64,000 bases of DNA from Vulcanimicrobiota bacterium. Its GTDB lineage: Bacteria; Vulcanimicrobiota; Vulcanimicrobiia; Eremiobacterales; Eremiobacteraceae. Shown in pieces: positions 57,238-64,000 of this stretch. A program made the translations under genes and the position numbers. The stretch is taken from contig CAWETU010000001.1 in assembly GCA_963812135.1 (NCBI GenBank), forward strand, positions 448,001 through 512,000, written 5' to 3'. Each line of letters opens with the position of its first letter. Within the stretch, counting starts at the first letter, position 1. The notes under the pieces were generated by a model. It was given only the letters and a program-made list of their open reading frames with translations, made no database searches and was not told where the DNA came from.

Positions 57238-57360
57238 ATGCTCACCAACCGCATCAACTCCAACGGCGTCGAGACGATTGACGATGTCAACCACCCCTTC
57301 GTACGCCTGCCCAACGCAAACACCGCCACGATGTTCCAAGGTTGGGGCCCGAGGATCTAA
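57238..57360 (+). CDS. Unannotated 40-aa small protein (MLTNRINSNGVETIDDVNHPFVRLPNANTATMFQGWGPRI)
   Basis: Strong purine-rich RBS AGGAAAGGAAAGG before ATG; first ORF after the promoter; C-ending codon bias; stop 5 nt before the GntR ATG. Confidence 0.7.
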   Translation: MLTNRINSNGVETIDDVNHPFVRLPNANTATMFQGWGPRI

Positions 57361-57365
57361 CTCCG

Positions 57366-57785
57366 ATGCCCGCAATCTTCACGGTCGACCCGCGCAGCGG
57401 AGTGCCGATCTACCTCCAGATCATGGAGCAGGTCAAGCGCTCTGTTGCGCTCGGTGTTCTTGCACCGGGCGAGCAGCTGCCCACCGTCAAGCAGCTCGCG
57501 GCCGACCTCGTCGTCAATGCCAACACCGTCGCGCGAGCCTATCGAGAGCTCGAGCGCGATGGCGTCATCGAAACCATGGCCGGCCGGGGCTCGTTCATCG
57601 CCGGCACCGGTTCCGTCGCCGGCGCGAAGCGCGCTGTCGCTGACGTCGCCGATCAAGCGATCGCGCAAGCCGTCCGCGAGGGCAAATCCATGGGCCTGTC
57701 GCGCGACGAGATGAAAGTTTTGTTCGAGCACGTGCTCGACCGCTGGTATCCACACGATGCGTCAGAGGAGAACGCAGCATCATGA
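57366..57785 (+). CDS. GntR family regulator, YtrA subfamily
   Basis: PIYLQI.EQ, L.PGEQLPTV.QLA..L.VN.NTVARAY.ELE..G; short C-terminal helix. Confidence 0.93.
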   Translation: MPAIFTVDPRSGVPIYLQIMEQVKRSVALGVLAPGEQLPTVKQLAADLVVNANTVARAYRELERDGVIETMAGRGSFIAGTGSVAGAKRAVADVADQAIAQAVREGKSMGLSRDEMKVLFEHVLDRWYPHDASEENAAS

Positions 57786-58708
57786 TGATCGAAAACACAC
57801 CGATGATCTCAGTCAAAGGTCTGACCAAAGCATACGGCTCGACGGTCGCGGCAGACGATGTGTCATTCGCAATCGACAAAGGTTCGATCTTCGGCTTGCT
57901 CGGCACGAACGGCGCCGGCAAGACGACGACCTTCAAATGCGCGTTGGGCTTGGCGTTTCCAAACGCCGGCACGGTGCGCTTCGACGGCGAGTCTTTGCGG
58001 CCAGAGCTGTTCGAACGAATCTCGTACGTGCCGGAGCGCAACGCGCTCTACGGTTGGATGACCGGCCGCGACCATCTTGAGCTGACCAAGCGGTCGTTTC
58101 GCCGGTACGACGCAGCGCGAGCGCAAGCACTGCTGGACCTCTTCGCCTTCGACATCAAGAAGAAGGTGAAGAATCTCTCCAAAGGCCAGCAGAGCGCGCT
58201 CGCGCTGACGATGGCGTTCGCTACCCGGCCCGACATCCTCGTGCTCGACGAGCCGTCGAGCGGGCTGGATCCGGTGCATCAGCGCCACGTGCTCGACTTG
58301 ATGATCGACGCGGCGGCAGGCGGCGCGACGATCCTGTTCAGCTCGCACCAGATCGGTCAGGTCGAACGCGCGGCGGACCATGTCGCGATCATGCACAAGG
58401 GCAAGATCGTGCTACAGGGCGACGTCGAGGAGCTGCGGGCGGGCGAGAAGGTCGTCGAAGCGACGTTCGACGGCGACGCGCCTGCGATCGCCGCACTCGA
58501 CTCCGATCCGCACGTGCGCCGCATAATGCGCCAGGGGCGCATCTTGCGCGCGTATATCCGCGACGGCGGCAACGGTGTGGCCAAGATGATCGATGCGGCC
58601 AAACCCGTGAGCCTGCGCGTGCTCAACCAGAACCTGGAAGACATCTTCCTCGCGGCGGTCGGCGACGATTCGGCCAACGCGATGGCGGCGCTCAACCGGG
58701 AGAACTGA
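57782..58708 (+). CDS. ABC transporter ATP-binding protein (YtrB-like)
   Basis: G.NGAGKTT, LSKGQ, LDEP..GLDP, SSH. Confidence 0.95.
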   Translation: MMIENTPMISVKGLTKAYGSTVAADDVSFAIDKGSIFGLLGTNGAGKTTTFKCALGLAFPNAGTVRFDGESLRPELFERISYVPERNALYGWMTGRDHLELTKRSFRRYDAARAQALLDLFAFDIKKKVKNLSKGQQSALALTMAFATRPDILVLDEPSSGLDPVHQRHVLDLMIDAAAGGATILFSSHQIGQVERAADHVAIMHKGKIVLQGDVEELRAGEKVVEATFDGDAPAIAALDSDPHVRRIMRQGRILRAYIRDGGNGVAKMIDAAKPVSLRVLNQNLEDIFLAAVGDDSANAMAALNREN

Positions 58709-58709
58709 G

Positions 58710-59483
58710 ATGTACTACAAGGAGTGGCTCTGCGTTCGCCGTTATCTGATCGTGTTGACGATCGGGTTGGTGGCGCTGCTCGGTATCGTCGCGCTCGTCG
58801 GCGCCGTGACCGCGCTCGACAGCGCTGGGGGGCACACGCACGCGACGCAGCCGCAGGGCATGACCGGCGTCATCGATTTCTTTGGAACCACCGCGCTGAT
58901 CGTCGGGGGTCTCATGGCGACGGTGCTCGGCTCAGCGCTCTCGAGGGAAAACGACGGCCATCTCGAGGCGGCGTGGACCAAACCTCATTCGCGCACGGAC
59001 TACGCGACGGCCGTCATGCTTGTCGACGCGGCCGGCATCGCGATCGCCATCCTCATCGGGCTCGTCGTGCACGCCCTCATCCATGGCGCCCTGCGCGCAC
59101 CGATCTCGCTCGCCGGCGCTTCGACGATGGCGGGCGATCTCGTGCGCTTCGGGCTCTTCCCGTTCGCGTGGTACGCGGTCATCGTAGCGCTGAGCGCGCG
59201 CGTGCGCGGCGGCGGGCTCGTGCAAGGTCTCGTCTGGCCCATCGGCCTGATCCTGCTCGGCTTGCACGAGATCCCCTTAGGGCCTGTGTGGCAAGGTTTG
59301 ACGGGGCTGCTCAATCTGGTCAACCCTTTGACGTACATACAGTACCACGAAACCGGATACTCGCTCCTGACGACAGGCGGCGGCAGCATGGCCTCGGCGT
59401 TCACCGCCGATGTCGCGCTAGCGCTGTTGGTCGTCGGCGGCTGGGCGCTGGCGACCATGCAGTGGCGCCGGATGGAGGCGTAG
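58710..59483 (+). CDS. ABC-2-type permease, paralog 1
   Basis: About 6 TM; ENDGHLEAAWTKPHSRT loop; ends WRRMEA. Confidence 0.8.
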   Translation: MYYKEWLCVRRYLIVLTIGLVALLGIVALVGAVTALDSAGGHTHATQPQGMTGVIDFFGTTALIVGGLMATVLGSALSRENDGHLEAAWTKPHSRTDYATAVMLVDAAGIAIAILIGLVVHALIHGALRAPISLAGASTMAGDLVRFGLFPFAWYAVIVALSARVRGGGLVQGLVWPIGLILLGLHEIPLGPVWQGLTGLLNLVNPLTYIQYHETGYSLLTTGGGSMASAFTADVALALLVVGGWALATMQWRRMEA

Positions 59484-59493
59484 GAGAAGCACG

Positions 59494-60270
59494 ATGTACT
59501 ATTTCGAACAACTGCGGGTCCGCAATTCGTTGATCTGGCTGATCGTCACGCTTGCCATCATGCTTGGCATCATCGCGCTAGTCAACGCGCTCGCGCCGCA
59601 TGGGCATGTGAACGTTTCGGTCGGCGACGATCCCCACACGACCCCATCGGAACCGACCACCCTCATCGAGCTGCTCGGCGCCGCGTCGCTGCTCGTAGGC
59701 GGCATCATGGCGACGATCTTCGGCAACTCGCTTGCGAGAGAGAACGACGGCCATCTCGAGGTGGCCTGGACGAAGCCCGTTTCTCGCACGACGTACGCGA
59801 CCGCGGTGATGCTCGTCGATGGCGTCGGGCTCTTGCTGTCAGTGGTTCTCGGGTTCATCGCGCTCGTGCTGATCCTGATCGACGTGCGGTCGCCGATCGC
59901 GTTCAGCGTCCCACCCTCGAGTCTGATGGACATCGCACGCTTCATGCTCTTCCCGTTGGCATGGTACGCGCTCATCGTCGCGCTCAGCGCACGCTTGCGC
60001 GGTGGCGGGGTCGTCCAGGGGCTGATCTGGCCGATCTCGTTGGGCCTCACCGCTATTGCAGCGGCTCCGCTTCCTCCGGTCTGGCATGCGCTCGCAAAGA
60101 TCATCAGCTTCTTGAACCCGCTGACGTATCTCCAATATCACGCGAACGATTTCTCGCTGGTGACGAGCACCATCATGGCACCGGCGCTGCTGAGCGTCAT
60201 CGCACTCGCGGTGTTCGTGATCGGCGGCTGGGCATTTGCGACCTCGCAATGGCGCCGCATGGAGGCCTAG
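59494..60270 (+). CDS. ABC-2-type permease, paralog 2
   Basis: About 6 TM; ENDGHLEVAWTKPVSRT; ends WRRMEA; AGGAG RBS. Confidence 0.8.
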   Translation: MYYFEQLRVRNSLIWLIVTLAIMLGIIALVNALAPHGHVNVSVGDDPHTTPSEPTTLIELLGAASLLVGGIMATIFGNSLARENDGHLEVAWTKPVSRTTYATAVMLVDGVGLLLSVVLGFIALVLILIDVRSPIAFSVPPSSLMDIARFMLFPLAWYALIVALSARLRGGGVVQGLIWPISLGLTAIAAAPLPPVWHALAKIISFLNPLTYLQYHANDFSLVTSTIMAPALLSVIALAVFVIGGWAFATSQWRRMEA

Positions 60271-60280
60271 GAGACTGACG

Positions 60281-61060
60281 ATGTTCTACGTAGAGCAACT
60301 TCGAGTCCGCAACGGACTTATCTGGACCGGCGTGGGCCTGGGGGCGATCCTTCTGGTGACGCTCGCACTGGCGGCCGGCTGCCCGTCGCTCGTCGGCTCA
60401 CGCGGATGCGAGCCCATAGATATCAGCAATACCCAGGCTGTGCTCGCGATCATCGGCTACGCAGCGGCCATTACCGCCGCGATTTTCGGCTCGATCTTCG
60501 GCTCGAGCCTGGCGATCGAGAACGACGGCCATCTCGAGATCGCGTGGACGAGGCCCATCAGCCGGACCAGCAACGCGCTTGGCAAGTTGCTCATCGACGT
60601 CGCCGCGATCGTCACCGTCTTCGTGCTCTGCTACGCGACCGGATGGCTGGTCGTCAGCCTGCTCGGCGACCACCCGTTCAACCCCGCGTACGACAGCGCG
60701 TCGTTGCTGAAGGTCGCGCGCTTCCTCGCGTTTCCACTGGCATGGTTCGGGTTGACGCAAGCGCTCACAGCGGGAATCAAAGGCAGCTGGTTCGGCGCGA
60801 TCGTCGGACCGTTGTGGCCCGTGTGCCAAGGGCTCTTCGCGGTCGGACTCTTGCCGCTGCCGGCGACATGGCATAAGATCTGGCAGATCGCGAACATCCC
60901 GAATCCCATCGCGTACTTCCCGTTTTGGGTGTTCGACGAAAACGTCTTCCACGTGTACCAATTCGGATACGGCGTGGTGCTCGACGTCATCGCGCTCGCC
61001 GCGATCGCGACCATCGGCATCACCCTTGCAACACTGCGCTGGCGGCGCTTGGAGGCCTAG
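60281..61060 (+). CDS. ABC-2-type permease, paralog 3
   Basis: About 6 TM; ENDGHLEIAWTRPISRT; ends WRRLEA; AGGAG RBS. Confidence 0.8.
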   Translation: MFYVEQLRVRNGLIWTGVGLGAILLVTLALAAGCPSLVGSRGCEPIDISNTQAVLAIIGYAAAITAAIFGSIFGSSLAIENDGHLEIAWTRPISRTSNALGKLLIDVAAIVTVFVLCYATGWLVVSLLGDHPFNPAYDSASLLKVARFLAFPLAWFGLTQALTAGIKGSWFGAIVGPLWPVCQGLFAVGLLPLPATWHKIWQIANIPNPIAYFPFWVFDENVFHVYQFGYGVVLDVIALAAIATIGITLATLRWRRLEA

Positions 61061-61064
61061 GATA

Positions 61065-61154
61065 ATGCAACTCGCGGCCACACGACTTGAAATGCGGCTT
61101 GGACCGCTCGTCTTGCGCGTCAACTTCGCCCTCGAGGAGAACATCGAGGACTAG
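61065..61154 (+). CDS. Possible 29-aa small protein (MQLAATRLEMRLGPLVLRVNFALEENIED)
   Basis: ATG 4 nt after the permease stop with GGAGG/AGGA upstream; fills the gap before the ppk1 upstream region. Confidence 0.4.
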   Translation: MQLAATRLEMRLGPLVLRVNFALEENIED

Positions 61155-61202
61155 GCCCGGGCTTTAGTTAACCTTAACCATTCCTTGCTAGCCTAGGACC
61201 AA

Positions 61203-63257
61203 ATGAAGTATCTCAATCGGGATCTCTCGTGGCTTGACTTTGACGCGCGGGTGCTTGCGCTCGCCGAAAACGAGTCGGTACCGCTCCTCGAGCGCGTCCG
61301 TTTCATGGCGATTTTCAGCCGCAATCTCGACGAGTTCTTCCAGGTGCGCATCGGCGGCTTACAAGAACAGCTGTCCGCCGGCGTCGGCGGCACCAGCTCC
61401 GAAGGTCTCACGGTCATCGAGCAGCTCGACATCGTCAAACCGCGTGTCGAGGAGCTCGTCGCGCGCAGCGTCCGCATCTTCCGCGAACAGCTCAAGCCCG
61501 CGCTCGCGCAGGCGGGCATCCAATTCACCGACTGGGCCGACCTCGACGAAGCCGATCGCGCGCATCTCGACAAGATGTTCTACGAGCAGATCTTCCCGGT
61601 GCTCACGCCGCTCGCGGTCGATCCCGGCCATCCGTTCCCCTATATCTCCAACCTGTCGCTGAACCTCGCCGTGGTCGTCGGCGATCCAGCGGCCGCCGAG
61701 CCCCGCATCGCGCGCCTGAAGGTCCCACCACTGCTGCCGCGATTCGTGCGCATGCCCGACGGCGAGCGCTTCGTCCCCATCGAGCAGATCATCGCCGCGC
61801 GGCTCGACTCGCTCTTCCCCGGCATGGAGATCATCGAGCGCCACGCATTTCGCATCACGCGCAACGCCGACTTCGCGCTCAAAGAAGACGAGGCAGAAGA
61901 TCTGCTCGAGGCCGTCGAGTCGGTGCTGCGCATGCGCCGCCGCTCTCCCGACGCCGTCCGCTTGGAGATCGAGCGCGCGATGTCGGCGGACGTCCGCAAC
62001 TTGCTGGCGCGCGAGCTCGAGCTCGACGACTCGGACATCTACGTCGTCGACGGACCGCTCGATCTGGGCGATCTGTGGTCGATCGCCGATCTGGAACGGC
62101 CGGCGCTGAAATACGAACCGTGGCTGCCGCTCACGCCGGCGCAGCTGTCCGTGACCGGCGACCAGACGCTGCATCTGTTCCGCGCGCTGCGCCAAGGCGA
62201 CATCCTCGTCCACCATCCGTACGACTCGTTCTTGACGTCGGTCGAGGCGTTCGTCGATCAGGCGGTGCGCGATCCGGGCGTGATGGCCATCAAGCAGACG
62301 CTCTACCGCACCGGCGCCGACAGTCCGATCATCCGGTCGCTCATCCGCGCGGCCGAAGCCGGCAAACAGGTCGTGGCGCTGGTCGAGGTCACGGCCCGGT
62401 TCGACGAAGCCACCAACATCAATTTCGCGCGCGCCCTTGAAGAAGCGGGCGTCCACGTCGTGTATGGCATCGTCGGTCTGAAGACGCACGCGAAGATCAC
62501 GCTCGTCGTGCGCCAAGAAGCTTCGGGCATCAAACGCTACAGCCACGTCGGCACCGGCAACTACAACCCGACGACCGCGCGGCTGTACGAGGACATCGGC
62601 ATCCTCTCGAGCGACCAGGACCTCGGCGCCGATCTCACCGAGCTGTTCAACTATTTGACCGGCTACAGCAAACAAAGCCGCTACAAGAAACTGCTCGTCG
62701 CGCCCGGCACGTTGCGGCCCGCGCTGCTCGAGCTCATCAAGCGCGAGGCCGACGCGCCCGACGGGCGTATCGTCATCAAAGTGAACAACCTGGTCGATCC
62801 GGCGATCATCCAAGCGCTCTACAACGCGTCCCAAGCCGGCACGCAGATCGACCTGATCGTGCGCGGCATCTGCTGCCTCCAGCCGGGCGTCGAGGGATTG
62901 TCCGAGAACATCCGCGTGCGTTCGATCGTGGGGCGCTATCTCGAGCACTCGCGCATCATGCGCTTCGGCAGCGAAGAGCGCGGGCGGGACTATTTCATCG
63001 GCTCGGCGGACGTCATGCAGCGCAACCTCGACCGCCGCGTCGAAGCGGTCATCCCAGTGACCGATCCGCTGCTCAAGGCGCGGCTGCAGGAGATCCTCGA
63101 CGTCAATCTCGCCGACGACGCGCTCGCCTGGACGCTCGACGCTGAGGGCGTGTGGCACAAGGTGCCCAACCTGACCAACCTCAACTCGCATCGCCGGCTG
63201 CAAGAGCTCGCCACCGCGCGGCTCCAGGCGCACACGCCTGTCGACGTCAGTGCTTGA
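61203..63257 (+). CDS. ppk1: Polyphosphate kinase 1
   Basis: NRDLSWL.F..RVL, NLDEFF.VR, HPFPYISN, HHPYDSF, KQTLYR, KTHAK, GTGNYN, GRYLEHSR, RNLDRRVE. Confidence 0.98.
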   Translation: MKYLNRDLSWLDFDARVLALAENESVPLLERVRFMAIFSRNLDEFFQVRIGGLQEQLSAGVGGTSSEGLTVIEQLDIVKPRVEELVARSVRIFREQLKPALAQAGIQFTDWADLDEADRAHLDKMFYEQIFPVLTPLAVDPGHPFPYISNLSLNLAVVVGDPAAAEPRIARLKVPPLLPRFVRMPDGERFVPIEQIIAARLDSLFPGMEIIERHAFRITRNADFALKEDEAEDLLEAVESVLRMRRRSPDAVRLEIERAMSADVRNLLARELELDDSDIYVVDGPLDLGDLWSIADLERPALKYEPWLPLTPAQLSVTGDQTLHLFRALRQGDILVHHPYDSFLTSVEAFVDQAVRDPGVMAIKQTLYRTGADSPIIRSLIRAAEAGKQVVALVEVTARFDEATNINFARALEEAGVHVVYGIVGLKTHAKITLVVRQEASGIKRYSHVGTGNYNPTTARLYEDIGILSSDQDLGADLTELFNYLTGYSKQSRYKKLLVAPGTLRPALLELIKREADAPDGRIVIKVNNLVDPAIIQALYNASQAGTQIDLIVRGICCLQPGVEGLSENIRVRSIVGRYLEHSRIMRFGSEERGRDYFIGSADVMQRNLDRRVEAVIPVTDPLLKARLQEILDVNLADDALAWTLDAEGVWHKVPNLTNLNSHRRLQELATARLQAHTPVDVSA

Positions 63258-64000
63258 GCGCGAGCTTAAACTCGGAGCGACGCCCGGCTTCAGGCTCCCC
63301 GACCTCTCGCAGGTGACCACCGAAGTCGCCAGCGTCGACGCCACCACCGACAAGCTCCACACCACGTACTTCGACACGCGCGACCTTCGCATCACGCGCT
63401 GGAACTGCAGCTTGCGCTTTCGTGCCGGCCAGGGCTGGACGGTCAAGTTGCCAGGCCCGGCAGAATCCAAGGGCGATCTGCTCGTGCGCGGCGAGCATCT
63501 GTACCAAGGCCCGCCGGACGAACCGCCGTCGCCAGCGCTCGATCTGCTGACCGCGTACGTGCGTCGCGCCGCCGTGCATCCGATCGCGCGCTTGCGCACC
63601 ACGCGGCAGATGGTGTCGTTGAAGGCCGCCGATGGAACGACGCTCGCCGAAGTCGTCCTGGATGACGTCGCGGTCGTCGATGGCCGCAAGATCCTCAAGC
63701 GCTTCCATGAGATCGAAGTCGAGCTCAAGGACGAGGGCGCAGAGATGCTGCTGCCGGCCGTCCTCGTCCGCCTGCAGGCCGCCGGCGCCGGGTTGCCCGA
63801 CCCCACGTCTAAAGTCGTGCGCGCGCTCGGCCCGCGCGCGCAGCGTCCGTCCGAGTTGGAGGTCGAGGTGCTTGCGCCGGAGGCGACGGCGGGCGCGATA
63901 CTGCGCCGGGCGCTCGCGCTCGCGGCCACGCGGTTGTTGCGCCACGACGCCGGCATCCGTCTGGGCACGGATCCTGAGGACATCCATCAAGCGCGCGTCG
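63250..64000 (+). CDS. CYTH + CHAD domain protein (runs off the window end)
   Basis: Manual translation from GTG 63250: MLERELKL..., YFDTRDLRI.....LR.R...GWTVKLP, EIEVEL (CYTH), then DPEDIHQARV (start of CHAD). Confidence 0.88.
   Translation, partial: MLERELKLGATPGFRLPDLSQVTTEVASVDATTDKLHTTYFDTRDLRITRWNCSLRFRAGQGWTVKLPGPAESKGDLLVRGEHLYQGPPDEPPSPALDLLTAYVRRAAVHPIARLRTTRQMVSLKAADGTTLAEVVLDDVAVVDGRKILKRFHEIEVELKDEGAEMLLPAVLVRLQAAGAGLPDPTSKVVRALGPRAQRPSELEVEVLAPEATAGAILRRALALAATRLLRHDAGIRLGTDPEDIHQARV

Noticed and set aside
57238..57360. Small peptide as a mycofactocin (MftA) or other RiPP precursor because a creatininase gene is adjacent
   Set aside because: No IDGxCGVY C-terminus, no Cys, and no radical SAM, RRE or other maturase in the window.
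61359..63983. 874-aa minus-strand ORF (and similar long antisense ORFs such as 42238-43899, 50968-52032, 137-1081)
   Set aside because: Shadow ORFs opposite well-supported genes, expected in high-GC DNA; no recognisable motifs.
61203..64000. ppk1 next to a CYTH-CHAD gene as a novel system
   Set aside because: This is a well-known polyphosphate metabolism neighbourhood.

Overview
High-GC bacterial chromosomal window made up mostly of core genes. I found no rRNA, tRNA, CRISPR array, transposase or prophage. The gene content (Lnt, LptC/LptD/single LptF-G, CIRCE element, 4-domain S1, KGG stress protein, zinc-ribbon proteins) suggests a diderm member of the Terrabacteria; Ca. Eremiobacterota is a tentative inference only. 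Order: end of a formate dehydrogenase module (alpha C-terminus, Fe-S beta, NrfD anchor); ferredoxin; peptidases and hypotheticals; polA-mutM-rpsA-coaE; an outer-membrane biogenesis cluster (slt-lptF/G-lptD-lnt-lptC); a dcw cluster (mraZ to ddl, no ftsQAZ); ArsR/SRPBCC; nhaP; a frameshifted alr; CIRCE-groES-groEL; oxidoreductases; creatininase plus peptide-binding protein; a YtrA-type ABC operon with three paralogous permeases flanked by two unannotated small ORFs; ppk1 and a CYTH-CHAD gene. The best novelty candidate is MurF fused in frame to a C-terminal CofE-like (F420-0:gamma-glutamyl ligase family) amide-ligase domain inside the dcw operon. This points to an uncharacterised enzyme that modifies the peptidoglycan precursor, possibly the polyamine/diamine transferase of diderm Terrabacteria (hypothesis). 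Other points of interest are the alr +1 frameshift at a perfect hairpin, the small peptides around the Ytr-like operon, and an antisense lipoprotein embedded in the Lpt/Lnt cluster. All family calls come from motif recognition, not database searches.
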